IMG/VR virus record: IMGVR_UViG_3300045988_090087
DNA: 64,000 bases
Reading direction: 5' to 3' (one strand)
Source of the DNA: a virus
Under the pieces are notes generated by a model that made no database searches, had not been told where the DNA came from, and saw nothing but the letters and a program-made list of their open reading frames with translations. Made by a program: the position numbers and the translations under genes. Each line of letters begins with the position of its first letter. Position 1 is the stretch's first letter. Positions 17,116 through 26,965 of this stretch are shown one piece after another.

Positions 17116-18273
17116 AAATCCAGAATAGGACTAAACTGTATTAAAACAGTGTTAAAACACTTTCCACAATATCGAGTACTAATAATTGTGCCAACAGAAA
17201 CTTTACAAAAACAATGGTGTGGTCATATAGATTCTAATGGGCTAGGATTAAGTTGTGATGTACAAATAATAAACACTGTAATAAAACATCCTGCCAAATA
17301 TGATCTTTTAGTACTGGATGAAGCGCATAGATATGCAGCTGAGACTTTTGTAAGATTATTTGAAGTAGTAAAATACCAATTTATCTTAGGTCTTACAGCT
17401 ACTTTCGAGCGTCTTGATGGTAGGGATAAAATATTAGCAAAATACTGCCCAGTAATTGATACTATTGATATTAATACTTGTCTTGCAAATGGTTGGGTTA
17501 GTCCATATAAAGAATATCTAGTCTTAGTAAATGTTGATGATTTAGAAGAATATGAAAAAATAAATAAAGAATTCATTTCTCATTTTGAATTCTTCGGATT
17601 CTCTTGGGAGTTAGTTAATAAATTAGCTGGTCCTATGGGTTGGCGAAATAAGCTACTCCTAAGAGATTCTATGTGTAGTGATCCTAATAAAAAGTCTGAA
17701 GTATTACAAAGTATAAATTATCATGCTATCAGATTTTGGTCTACTATGCATGAGAAAAAAGCTTTCATAAATAATCATCCAAAGAAAATTGAAATAGTAA
17801 AGAAAATTATAGAAGCTAGAAAGGATAAAAAAATAATAACTTTTGCTAATAATATTAAAATGGCAGAAAAAATTCCTAATGCTACTGTATATTCTAGTAG
17901 AACTTCTAAGAAAAGAAGTGCTACAGCTATTGAAGATTTTAACTCTGGAAAGGTAACTCTATTATCTACAGTAAAAAAAGCTGATGAAGGACTTGATGTA
18001 AAAGGTCTTTCTGTAGCTATTATATTTGGATTAGATAGTTCAACTACTAGAGCTTGTCAACGGAGAGGAAGATCAATCCGCTTTGAAAAAGGTAAGACAG
18101 CAGAAATATTCAATATAGTATTAAATAGAACTCAAGAAACTAAGTGGTTTTATGATTCTCATAAGGGAGATTCTTTTATAACTATAGACGAATCAGAATT
18201 GGATAAAGTATTACAAGGTAAAGACTTTACCCCAGGTGAAAAGATAGTTCCTAAATTTGATTTTAGATTCTGA
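17116..18273 (+). CDS. SF2 helicase, exon 2
   Basis: Begins KSRIGL..., then LVLDEAHR (motif II), TATFER (III), QRRGRSIR (VI). Confidence 0.8.
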   Translation, partial: KSRIGLNCIKTVLKHFPQYRVLIIVPTETLQKQWCGHIDSNGLGLSCDVQIINTVIKHPAKYDLLVLDEAHRYAAETFVRLFEVVKYQFILGLTATFERLDGRDKILAKYCPVIDTIDINTCLANGWVSPYKEYLVLVNVDDLEEYEKINKEFISHFEFFGFSWELVNKLAGPMGWRNKLLLRDSMCSDPNKKSEVLQSINYHAIRFWSTMHEKKAFINNHPKKIEIVKKIIEARKDKKIITFANNIKMAEKIPNATVYSSRTSKKRSATAIEDFNSGKVTLLSTVKKADEGLDVKGLSVAIIFGLDSSTTRACQRRGRSIRFEKGKTAEIFNIVLNRTQETKWFYDSHKGDSFITIDESELDKVLQGKDFTPGEKIVPKFDFRF

Positions 18274-18351
18274 ATCTATGTATTAATATCGCTCTGAGAA
18301 GAGATTAACTTAATTACAGTATGGAAGACTTTTAATTATCCGAATTACTGT

Positions 18352-18963
18352 ATGTTTGATTTAAACATTGATGAAGAAATAACAATTTTAGAAAAATATA
18401 ATATTACTCCTACTGAATTATTTGTTATTAAAGCTATTAATGCTTATATAGAAGATTATTCAGAAGATTATCTTCGTAGGTATTTGGCTATTGATAAAAA
18501 GTATGTAGGAAGTTTTATAGATATACTTAAATCTTTACAAGATAAAAGTCTTATCCTTAAAAGTTATAAAATTATTCCAGGAATGAAATTAGTTCCTGAA
18601 GAGATACCATTTAATAAAAACTTCCTAAAATGTTTAGCTAAGAGTTCCTTTGAAATGGGAAAAGAACTTAGAGAACATTATCCTAGATTTAGAAATATTA
18701 ATGGATGCTTAACTAGTATGCTAGGTGTTTCTAAAAAGTTTAATAGTCTTGAAGATGCTTATAGAACTTATGGAAAGAAAATCCATTGGAATGAAGAACT
18801 TCATAAAAAGATTATTGATTTACTAGATTGGGAAGCTAATACTGATAATGGTATTATTAATTATAGCTTAGCTACATTTATTGTAGATGAAAAATGGGAA
18901 GACCTTGAAGCTTTAAAGAATGGAGATTCAGGTATGAATTATAATTCAATCACCACTCTGTGA
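18352..18963 (+). CDS. hypothetical protein
   Basis: 203-aa ORF; stop overlaps next start. Confidence 0.6.
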   Translation: MFDLNIDEEITILEKYNITPTELFVIKAINAYIEDYSEDYLRRYLAIDKKYVGSFIDILKSLQDKSLILKSYKIIPGMKLVPEEIPFNKNFLKCLAKSSFEMGKELREHYPRFRNINGCLTSMLGVSKKFNSLEDAYRTYGKKIHWNEELHKKIIDLLDWEANTDNGIINYSLATFIVDEKWEDLEALKNGDSGMNYNSITTL

Positions 18964-20042
18964 GTTTAGAAAGTTTTAAACGTTCGATAGAGCTTGGTAG
19001 ACAAGGATTTAATCAAGGATTTAGTATGGGTCTTCCTAAATTGGAAGAATTAATAGGAGGTATTACTAAAAGTACCATGACTCTTTTATTTGCGAGTTCA
19101 GGACAAGGTAAAAGTTCATGTGTATTATATTCTTACATATATGCTCCTTTAAAAGAACATTTAGAAGATAATAAATTAAAAATTATTTTCTTTGCTCTTG
19201 AAATGAAAGAAGACTTTATTATAGCTAAATTATTAAGTACCTATTTATATGATACCTATCATATTGTTGTAACTGCTAAACAAATATTATCTATAGGTAA
19301 AGATTATATTTTACCTGATGATTTATATGAGTATGTACAACTAGGATATGATTGGCTAGAAAAAGTATATAAAGTACTAACTATATACGAAGGCTCTTTT
19401 AATTCTGATAAGCTCATAAAAGTTACAATGGAAGAGCTTAAAAAAGAAGGAGAATTTACAGAGAATAAATATATTCCGAAAGACCCTGAAAAAGTAATAC
19501 TTTCAGTAACTGACCATGTTGGATTGATCCAACCATCCAATGGAAGGAACAGAAAAGGAGAAATTGATGATTATACTAATAAATTAGTTATCATTAGAAA
19601 TAAAACAGGATTATCTCCAATTATTGTTATGCAATCCAATAGAGCAGTGGCTAACATGGAAAGAAAAAAGAATGAAGCTTTCATGGAGCCAATGGTGGAG
19701 GATATTAAGGAAACATCCACTGTTTCAGAGAATTCTGAAATTATTTTAGCTGTATATAATCCTCAAGTTGATAAAAGAACAACTTATAGAGGTTACCAAG
19801 TTAAAGAAATGGGTTATAGATTTCGAAGTATTCTTGTACTAAAGTCAAGATATGGAGAAAACCAAGTAGCTGATTGCTGTTTCTTTGACGGAGCAGTAAA
19901 TAAGTGGATGGAAATGCCTAAGCCAGAAGAAATCTTTGATTATTCTAGATATCGAGCTACAAATAACAGTTCAACAGATAATACAATAAAGAATGAAGAT
20001 AAAGATGAAAAAGTGAAAAGTAAATTAGACTATAGTTTATGA
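18960..20042 (+). CDS. DnaB-like replicative helicase (RecA-fold domain)
   Basis: Walker A SSGQGKSS, FFALEM, DHVGLI motifs typical of the DnaB C-terminal domain; GTG start. Confidence 0.75.
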   Translation: MSLESFKRSIELGRQGFNQGFSMGLPKLEELIGGITKSTMTLLFASSGQGKSSCVLYSYIYAPLKEHLEDNKLKIIFFALEMKEDFIIAKLLSTYLYDTYHIVVTAKQILSIGKDYILPDDLYEYVQLGYDWLEKVYKVLTIYEGSFNSDKLIKVTMEELKKEGEFTENKYIPKDPEKVILSVTDHVGLIQPSNGRNRKGEIDDYTNKLVIIRNKTGLSPIIVMQSNRAVANMERKKNEAFMEPMVEDIKETSTVSENSEIILAVYNPQVDKRTTYRGYQVKEMGYRFRSILVLKSRYGENQVADCCFFDGAVNKWMEMPKPEEIFDYSRYRATNNSSTDNTIKNEDKDEKVKSKLDYSL

Positions 20043-20794
20043 TTATTGGTTTAGCAGGTTTGAGTGGTACCGGAAAAAGCACTTCTTTGCGTTATTTAGA
20101 TTATAAATCAACATTTATCATTAGTTGTACTAACAAGCAACTTCAAATTCCTGGATTTAGACGTAAGTACAAGAAAGCTGAAGTTGTAAATAAGAAGCCA
20201 GTTGGAAATTGGCTTGTGTCTAATGATTATACTACTATTGGTAAGTGGTTAAAGATTATTGATAAATTACGTTCTGATATTAAGACAGTAGTCGTAGATG
20301 ATGCTAACTATTGTCTTTCAAATAATATAATGGATTCTGCCCTTGAAAAAGGTTGGGATAAGCACGTTGTGTTTGCTAAAAATTACTATGATTTAATCAT
20401 GGAAGCTAGTGAACTGCGTGAAGATCTTAATGTAGTATTCATTAGTCATATTATTAATGCTGGTACTGACCTCGATGAACATTGGCAGTTATATTCTAGT
20501 GGTAAAATGTTGGATAGAACTGTAAATATTGATGGTTTATTTTCTTATATTTTATATACTGAACGTCAGGTTGATGATGAGGGCAATATTAGTTATTTCT
20601 TTAGAACCAAAACCAATGGTAACGATACTTGTCGTAGTGTTGATGGATGTTTTAAAGATAAACTGATTGAACCTAATATGCAGAAGGTTTTAGATACTAT
20701 CCATAATTTTGAATATGGTGAGGAAGAAGAAGAAATCGCAGATGACCATAATGAAACCAATAATGATGACAATATTTTAAATGAAGCTAATTAA
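20039..20794 (+). CDS. AAA_24/Sak4-like ATPase
   Basis: N-terminal P-loop GLSGTGKST, VVVDD Walker B, acidic tail; position next to helicase and primase. Confidence 0.65.
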   Translation: MIIGLAGLSGTGKSTSLRYLDYKSTFIISCTNKQLQIPGFRRKYKKAEVVNKKPVGNWLVSNDYTTIGKWLKIIDKLRSDIKTVVVDDANYCLSNNIMDSALEKGWDKHVVFAKNYYDLIMEASELREDLNVVFISHIINAGTDLDEHWQLYSSGKMLDRTVNIDGLFSYILYTERQVDDEGNISYFFRTKTNGNDTCRSVDGCFKDKLIEPNMQKVLDTIHNFEYGEEEEEIADDHNETNNDDNILNEAN

Positions 20795-21386
20795 AATGAC
20801 AATTAAGTCCGAGTGGCTTAATGAAGAAACTGGAGAAATTTTTACTGATACACGTGAATTGAAGGATGATTCTGTAAAGAAGCCATCTACTCGTAAGTCT
20901 TCTTCTAAAAAGAAAGATTCAGAAGTAGATGATACAAATCCTAATCCACTATTAATTCTTGAGGAGAATAAGTATATTCTTAATAAGGCTGCTGTTGAGG
21001 CTCTTGGTGTAGAACCAGGAGATAAGGTAGATATTAAACAGCAGAAACTTAATAAGAAGGAGTGCTTAGTTATCGGAGCTGCTGAAACATTTGGTACGCA
21101 GTCAGGTAATAAATTAACTCAGAAGAATGCAGTCTCATATAGAGGAAAGAATAACCAGAACCTTGCTGAGCATGGTAATGAGTTTACTTTCACTCCACAT
21201 CCTAAAATTGATGGATTGTTTATATTAACAGGTAATCGAGAGCCTGAGATTAAAGAAGATGTAGTTCCTGAAGCAGAGGATATTGCATCAGAAGATGAAT
21301 TAGATGACGAAATGGCTAGTCTTATTGACGGCAACGCAGATGATACAGAAATCTCAGATAATGATTTTAATTTCGATAATCTTTAA
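20781..21386 (+). CDS. hypothetical acidic protein
   Basis: 201-aa ORF with a strongly acidic C-terminus. Confidence 0.55.
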   Translation: MKLIKMTIKSEWLNEETGEIFTDTRELKDDSVKKPSTRKSSSKKKDSEVDDTNPNPLLILEENKYILNKAAVEALGVEPGDKVDIKQQKLNKKECLVIGAAETFGTQSGNKLTQKNAVSYRGKNNQNLAEHGNEFTFTPHPKIDGLFILTGNREPEIKEDVVPEAEDIASEDELDDEMASLIDGNADDTEISDNDFNFDNL

Positions 21387-21398
21387 TAATATAGCAAT

Positions 21399-22169
21399 AT
21401 GAATTTAAATTTTGGTGGTCTTGGTGATATTAATCCTACAAGTAAGAAAGGTCTTCGTCCTTATGGAATTTATCTCGTTCAGTTAAAAAGTGTAGAAACT
21501 AAGGAAGGTCAAGGTAAACAAGACCCTAGTACAACTTGGAAATCTCTGGTACTTCATTTTGAAGGAGAACAAGGAACTTATCAAGAATCATTGTTTTATC
21601 CTAATGAAAGTTCTGCTAAAAGATATGAGGGTAAGAGAAAGGATTCTAAGGGTGTAGAATTCCCATATGTACTTCCTTCAGCATTTGAACAGCTTAAAGG
21701 TTTTATGCTGCATATTATAACAGTAGTAGGTGGTGATAAAGCTAAAGAATTGTTTGTAACTAAAGCTCCTACTTGTAAGAGTACTGACCAATTCATGCAG
21801 CTTTTCCAGGCAGTATTGACTAAGTATTGTATGAATAAAAACTTTTATTTAAAGCTTAGCGGTCGTAAGGAAAAGAAAAAGGATGAAAAGGGAATCTCAA
21901 AGGAAACTGGCAATGTATTTGCTAAGATTCCTGATATTGGAGCTATTAATAGTGATGGACAGTTCTATATCCGTGATAATTTTGCTAGCTTAGAGGAAGA
22001 TAAATTGTCATTCTCTAGTTATGAGATTAAGCAGAAAGAGGATATGGAGAAGCGTAAGCCTACTGCTCCCATGCCAGCAGCTGATTCAGAAGAGGCTAAA
22101 TCTATCGACTCTACTGAAGGCAAGGAGGCTCAAGATGAAGACTTCGATGCTATGCTGGCAGATATGTAG
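21399..22169 (+). CDS. hypothetical protein, possible ssDNA-binding protein
   Basis: Replication-module position and acidic C-terminal tail (DEDFDAMLADM); stop is TAG immediately followed by TAA. Confidence 0.4.
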   Translation: MNLNFGGLGDINPTSKKGLRPYGIYLVQLKSVETKEGQGKQDPSTTWKSLVLHFEGEQGTYQESLFYPNESSAKRYEGKRKDSKGVEFPYVLPSAFEQLKGFMLHIITVVGGDKAKELFVTKAPTCKSTDQFMQLFQAVLTKYCMNKNFYLKLSGRKEKKKDEKGISKETGNVFAKIPDIGAINSDGQFYIRDNFASLEEDKLSFSSYEIKQKEDMEKRKPTAPMPAADSEEAKSIDSTEGKEAQDEDFDAMLADM

Positions 22170-22192
22170 TAATTATAAAGTAAGTAGTTTTT

Positions 22193-23203
22193 ATGGAATT
22201 AGATTTTTCTTATAAACCAGATATTACTAAGGACTGCTTACTTAAATATAACACAGAGGAAGCCTATATGGAGTATTATCTTGGCGTAAAAGTTTCAAAA
22301 AAATTAATTTGTAATCCTTTACGTAAAGATAAAAATCCTACGGCTTCCTTTTTTCGTAACTCTAAAGGAGAACTTATATTCCATGATTTTAATGGGAGCT
22401 TTTATGGAAACTTTATATCAGTAGTTATGACTAAATATGCTTGTAAATACCATCAAGCATTAGACATTATAGCTAAAGATTTTGGCTTATTAAAAGGACA
22501 AAATAATTATCATTCTGTAATACAATCAAGCACTTCTTTTGTTAAAACAAATGAGCCAGCAGATATACGAGTAGAAATAAAAGATTTCTCAGAAGATGAA
22601 TTAAAATGGTGGGGTAAACAAGGAGTTTCTTTAGAATTACTAAATAAATATAAAGTATATTCTTGTCGTACTGTATTTTTAAATGGTAATATTCAAACTA
22701 TAAAGACCAAAGATAACTTTATCTTCGGATATTATGGAGGAACAATGCAAGGTAAAGAATTGTGGAGAATTTATTATCCTAAACGTAAGGAATATAGATT
22801 TCTAACAAATTGGCCCTCTAAAAAGGTTCAAGGTTATAGTCAGTTACCTAAAAAAGGTACTTTATTAGTTATAACTAAAAGTATGAAGGATACTATGTGT
22901 TTAAGAGGTTTAGGTGTAACAGCCTGTGCTCCAAATAGTGAAACACAATGGTTATCTGAAAATATGTTAAATGATCTAAAAGAAAGATTTACTTATATAG
23001 TAACTTTTTATGATAATGATAGACCTGGAATGTTTAATATGGCTAAGATAAGAAGGAATCATCCAGAATTACTTTATTTCTTTATACCTCATAAATTCAA
23101 AGTAAAAGATATAAGTGATTTTTATAAAAAATATGGTCGACAGAATACTTTAAAATTTATAAAGTATTATATAAAAAAAATAAGTAACTATGTCAAAAAG
23201 TAA
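22193..23203 (+). CDS. DnaG-like primase (TOPRIM)
   Basis: N-terminal CHC2-like region with degenerate Zn ligands (CNPLRKDKNPTASFF) and a TOPRIM-like YDNDRPG motif. Confidence 0.65.
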   Translation: MELDFSYKPDITKDCLLKYNTEEAYMEYYLGVKVSKKLICNPLRKDKNPTASFFRNSKGELIFHDFNGSFYGNFISVVMTKYACKYHQALDIIAKDFGLLKGQNNYHSVIQSSTSFVKTNEPADIRVEIKDFSEDELKWWGKQGVSLELLNKYKVYSCRTVFLNGNIQTIKTKDNFIFGYYGGTMQGKELWRIYYPKRKEYRFLTNWPSKKVQGYSQLPKKGTLLVITKSMKDTMCLRGLGVTACAPNSETQWLSENMLNDLKERFTYIVTFYDNDRPGMFNMAKIRRNHPELLYFFIPHKFKVKDISDFYKKYGRQNTLKFIKYYIKKISNYVKK

Positions 23204-23249
23204 TTAGAATCTGAATACTGCTATTAGAATAACATATAAAAACGGCGAT

Positions 23250-23759
23250 GTGCACGATTATACATCTATAGAGGAATGCTCTGAGAAAACTAAAATAAGT
23301 CAAGCAGCTCTTAAAATTAGATGTAATAAATCTGGAAAAATGGCTGATGGCACTTTATATGAATGGATAGATAGCCATACTAAGAAGAGTTATCAAGCTA
23401 AAAAATCTAGAAATAAAGGAAGTGCATGGGAAGCAGATATAATTCATCATCTTAGAGATATGGGGTATACTGAGTGTGTAAGTGCTAGAGGAGAGAGTAA
23501 GTTTACAGATAATAATAAAGTTGATATAATTGATAGGTCTGGAAAATTACCTATAAATATTCAAGCAAAACATACTGCTAATACTCCAGCATATTTTAAG
23601 ATAGAAAATTCTTGCCCTTATAAGGACAAGTCATTCGTACTATGCTGGAAGAAGGCTCCAACAGAAGGTAGTGTTAGTCCAGGAGCAATAGCAATGATTC
23701 CTATGGATTTCTTTTATACTTTATTAGAATGTTATTCTAAAAGTAATAATTTAATATGA
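23250..23759 (+). CDS. putative PD-(D/E)XK nuclease (Hjc-like resolvase candidate)
   Basis: GSAWE...VDIID...IQAKH spacing resembles E-D-xK nuclease cores; weak. Confidence 0.4.
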   Translation: MHDYTSIEECSEKTKISQAALKIRCNKSGKMADGTLYEWIDSHTKKSYQAKKSRNKGSAWEADIIHHLRDMGYTECVSARGESKFTDNNKVDIIDRSGKLPINIQAKHTANTPAYFKIENSCPYKDKSFVLCWKKAPTEGSVSPGAIAMIPMDFFYTLLECYSKSNNLI

Positions 23760-23944
23760 GAGAACTATTAGCCTTAGGAGTAATAGATTTTATAATAAGT
23801 ACAATATTAATTTTACTTAAGATTTTTGGAATATTGTTATGGAGTTGGATAACATTAGCAGTGGTAATATTTTTATCACTCCCAATTACCATAATGATAT
23901 TATTTATTTTTATAATGATAATTATATATAACAATACCAAATGA
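23756..23944 (+). CDS. small membrane protein
   Basis: Almost entirely hydrophobic 62 aa; coupled overlaps. Confidence 0.45.
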   Translation: MRELLALGVIDFIISTILILLKIFGILLWSWITLAVVIFLSLPITIMILFIFIMIIIYNNTK

Positions 23945-24186
23945 ATAATTATATTTTTGCAATTTGTCAGAGTAATAAAAATAAACTTCATAAGTTAACA
24001 GCATCTTCATATGAGGAAGCTGTTGAAAAGGCTAAAGAAGAAGTTGATAAGTACTTAAATTTAGACGATGATACATATGCTATTCTTGATAACAATGATA
24101 GCTGGATAAATATCAGAGCTGAATTGGCTAAGAAAGGTATTGGGGTAACATATATAAGAGATATTGAGGAATTATTTAATCTATGA
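23941..24186 (+). CDS. hypothetical protein
   Basis: 81-aa ORF with ATGA overlaps. Confidence 0.5.
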   Translation: MNNYIFAICQSNKNKLHKLTASSYEEAVEKAKEEVDKYLNLDDDTYAILDNNDSWINIRAELAKKGIGVTYIRDIEELFNL

Positions 24187-24719
24187 AATTAAGAATTGGT
24201 TTAGATTTAGATGATACATTAAATGAGTTTATGAATCCATATTTAAAAAGATTTGGATATCCTAAGTCTGATGGAGAAATAACAAAAAATGTACAACAAG
24301 TTTTAATAAAAGACAGAGAATGGTGGATAAATCTTCCAATAAAAAATAAAATAAACTTTATACCTGAATTATATTGTACTAAAAGAGTATGCAATAAAGA
24401 CTATAGTAAAACATGGCTAAAGAATAATGGTTATCCTAGTAAACCTGTTTATCAAGTCTTGTGCCAGCGTGCTAATAAAGCTCGGTATATAAAAGGTAGA
24501 GTTGATATTTTCATTGATGATTCTATTAGTAATTTTATTCAGATGAATCTAGCAGGATTGCCTTGCTTATTAATAGCTTCTGAATCTAATGAAAAATGGG
24601 GTCCTTATGGTAAGATTTATAGTTTAGATAAAGAAGAGATAGAATATGGGTATGAATGTATAAAAGAGTCGGAAGACTTTAACAATTACTTACGTGAAAT
24701 TAAGTCAAATTTCTATTAA
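24183..24719 (+). CDS. 5'(3')-deoxyribonucleotidase-like HAD phosphatase
   Basis: HAD motif I IGLDLDDTL at the N-terminus; FIDDS motif. Confidence 0.65.
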   Translation: MKLRIGLDLDDTLNEFMNPYLKRFGYPKSDGEITKNVQQVLIKDREWWINLPIKNKINFIPELYCTKRVCNKDYSKTWLKNNGYPSKPVYQVLCQRANKARYIKGRVDIFIDDSISNFIQMNLAGLPCLLIASESNEKWGPYGKIYSLDKEEIEYGYECIKESEDFNNYLREIKSNFY

Positions 24720-25740
24720 ACCTCTGATAGAGACTTTAAGAGTTGAAGATATTGATGATAATACTTATTTCTCAGAAAAGTATAATAATTATATCTCAAA
24801 CTCTAGATTATCTAAGATAAATCCAGATCAAGATGGTTCTCCAACAGAGTTCTTTGATAATTGGGGTAAGACTAAGTTAAATACAACTAGCTTGGAATTT
24901 GGTAGTTGGTTGCATACTTTAGTTTTACAACCTGATGACTTCTTTCTAACAGATGTTAACAGACCTACTGCTAAAATGGGAGCAATGGCAGATTATATTT
25001 ATAAGAAAACACAAGGTATCAATGTTACTAATGATATTATATTAGAAGCATCTGATAAGTGTGATTATTATAAAGATAAAATGTCAGATAAAAAAATAGA
25101 AAAAGTGTTAACAGACTGTGCTCAATACTGGTGTGATAGAAAAGCTTTTGAAAAAGAAAATAATGATGCTAGAACACCAATATTTACAGACCCTAAAAAT
25201 CATGCTAAACTGAAAGTCTGTCTAGAGTCTCTAGATAGTGATACACAAATTCAATCTTTACTAAACCCTGAAGGATTACTAGAACAACCAATTATTGGTA
25301 ATGAGATAGCTTTCCTTATAGATGTTTTAGTAGAGGCTCCAGAGCATAAACCTTTTATACTAAAAATTAAGTCTAAACTTGATAATTATAGTATAGATAA
25401 AGAAGAAGGAATAATCACTGTAAATGATTTAAAAACCACAGGAGATTTAATAAATAACTTTGCTAAAGGAGCTCTTATTAAATATCACTATTATAGAGAG
25501 ATGGCTTTATATAGTTGGTTATTAACTATGACTGCTAAGAAGAATTATAACATTGAGAATCCTAAAATTAGAAGTAATTTCTTAGTAGTAGAAACTATTC
25601 CAAATTTTAATACTAAAGTAGTTCCTATGACTAGAGAACTTTTTAATAAAGGATTTAAAGAGTTTACTCACCTTCTTAAATTAGTAGCATTCTATTGTAT
25701 GCATGGTTATGAGGGATTCGGAATTACTCAAGAGACCTGA
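24694..25740 (+). CDS. PD-(D/E)XK recombination exonuclease (RecE/exonuclease VIII-like)
   Basis: GSWLHTLVLQP and VNDLKTT motifs as in the PDDEXK exonuclease family. Confidence 0.55.
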   Translation: MKLSQISIKPLIETLRVEDIDDNTYFSEKYNNYISNSRLSKINPDQDGSPTEFFDNWGKTKLNTTSLEFGSWLHTLVLQPDDFFLTDVNRPTAKMGAMADYIYKKTQGINVTNDIILEASDKCDYYKDKMSDKKIEKVLTDCAQYWCDRKAFEKENNDARTPIFTDPKNHAKLKVCLESLDSDTQIQSLLNPEGLLEQPIIGNEIAFLIDVLVEAPEHKPFILKIKSKLDNYSIDKEEGIITVNDLKTTGDLINNFAKGALIKYHYYREMALYSWLLTMTAKKNYNIENPKIRSNFLVVETIPNFNTKVVPMTRELFNKGFKEFTHLLKLVAFYCMHGYEGFGITQET

Positions 25741-26062
25741 TTATACTAAACTTTCCGATTTATATCGTAAATACTTTAGTTTAGGGTCTTTAGGGGAAAG
25801 TATAAATTTAAAATTTGCACTTATATCGTTACTTGGATATATGGTAAATTCTATGAAGAAGAAAAAACCTGGAGTTACTTATTATGAAGTAACTGCTAAA
25901 TTAGCAGAAAAAACAGGTCTTGATGAAGATACAATACAAGCTATTGCTATCATCACTGAGGATTTTTCATATGGATGTACCGATTTTCCAACATTTGGCG
26001 TGCAACCAAAAGATATGCCAACAAAAATAAGAGAATTAATGGGAAAATTTCTTCCATTCTAA
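25703..26062 (+). CDS. hypothetical protein
   Basis: 119-aa ORF; start uncertain. Confidence 0.5.
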   Translation: MVMRDSELLKRPDYTKLSDLYRKYFSLGSLGESINLKFALISLLGYMVNSMKKKKPGVTYYEVTAKLAEKTGLDEDTIQAIAIITEDFSYGCTDFPTFGVQPKDMPTKIRELMGKFLPF

Positions 26063-26190
26063 AAAAATTAATTTTTTTATAATTTTCTTTTTGGAGGCAA
26101 AAAATATAGATTATATTAGCATTACAAAGATAAAGAAAAAACATCGCAGATGATTTGATAATAAGAATTAATGTTAATATATTTTTGAAA

Positions 26191-26835
26191 ATGAGTGAAA
26201 TTTTTAATTTTAAGAGTTTTGAAGTAAGTGCAGAAACAAAGGAAGCAGCAGTAGCACAGGTAGAGAAAGAGAATTTTCATATTAATGGTGATGCAACACA
26301 GGCATGGAAGAAGTTCCATGAGAAGAATGCTAAAGTAACTTCTAATGATGAGAAGGAATTTAAGCTGGAGTATTTGAAGAAAAAGACTAAGAATGCTCCT
26401 GGTAGTGGTTTCATTGTAACTCTTTCTAGTGCTGTTGTAAGTACACGTGAGCGTCCTTGGAAGGTTGTTGATATTAAGACTGAGGGTAAGCGTGATACTC
26501 AGAAGAAGTTTGATTTGGTAGACCACGATACAAAGGAAGTGCTGAAGACTTTGAAGTCTGAGCGTGTAAAGAACGAGAAGGCTGGCGAGCCAATTCTTGA
26601 TAAGGATGGTAACGATACTGGTCGTGTTGAACCAGATACAAAGGTTATTCGTCCTACTAAGACCGCAGCTAAGGAAATGGCTAAGGAACTTATTAAGAAG
26701 GGCTTTAAGGGTCAGATCGATATCGTTCAGGGTAAGGAGTCTATTGGCTCTGACCCAGTAGTAGCTACTGTAACTTATACTCCATCTAAGAGTACTAAGA
26801 ATGGTCGCTATATGTTCTTTGGTTTGGAATTTTAA
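26191..26835 (+). CDS. hypothetical Lys-rich protein
   Basis: Start moved to ATG 26191 (MSEIFNF...); own upstream intergenic region and strong terminator suggest a separately expressed gene. Confidence 0.65.
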   Translation: MSEIFNFKSFEVSAETKEAAVAQVEKENFHINGDATQAWKKFHEKNAKVTSNDEKEFKLEYLKKKTKNAPGSGFIVTLSSAVVSTRERPWKVVDIKTEGKRDTQKKFDLVDHDTKEVLKTLKSERVKNEKAGEPILDKDGNDTGRVEPDTKVIRPTKTAAKEMAKELIKKGFKGQIDIVQGKESIGSDPVVATVTYTPSKSTKNGRYMFFGLEF

Positions 26836-26857
26836 TTTTATTCATAATTTTTAAAGT

Positions 26858-26892
26858 AAGGCAGGTGCTCGCGAGAGTATCTGCCTTTTTTA
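26858..26892 (+). terminator. rho-independent terminator
   Basis: Long GC-containing stem aaggcag.../...ctgcctt followed by TTTTTT. Confidence 0.75.
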
Positions 26893-26965
26893 ATTTAGAT
26901 ACCTTTTATTTTACTAGATACTTTTATTTATAAAGGCGTAACAGCTATCTAATTTTTAAAAAAGT

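Noticed and set aside
22021-22215. Alternative-frame ORFs 22021..22215 and 43572..43847
   Set aside because: Both are embedded out of frame in longer, better-supported ORFs (21399..22169 and 43553..43915), with basic low-complexity products.
26122-26526. 134-aa minus-strand ORF
   Set aside because: It is antisense to the terminator-bounded plus gene 26191..26835, with a hydrophobic low-complexity product.
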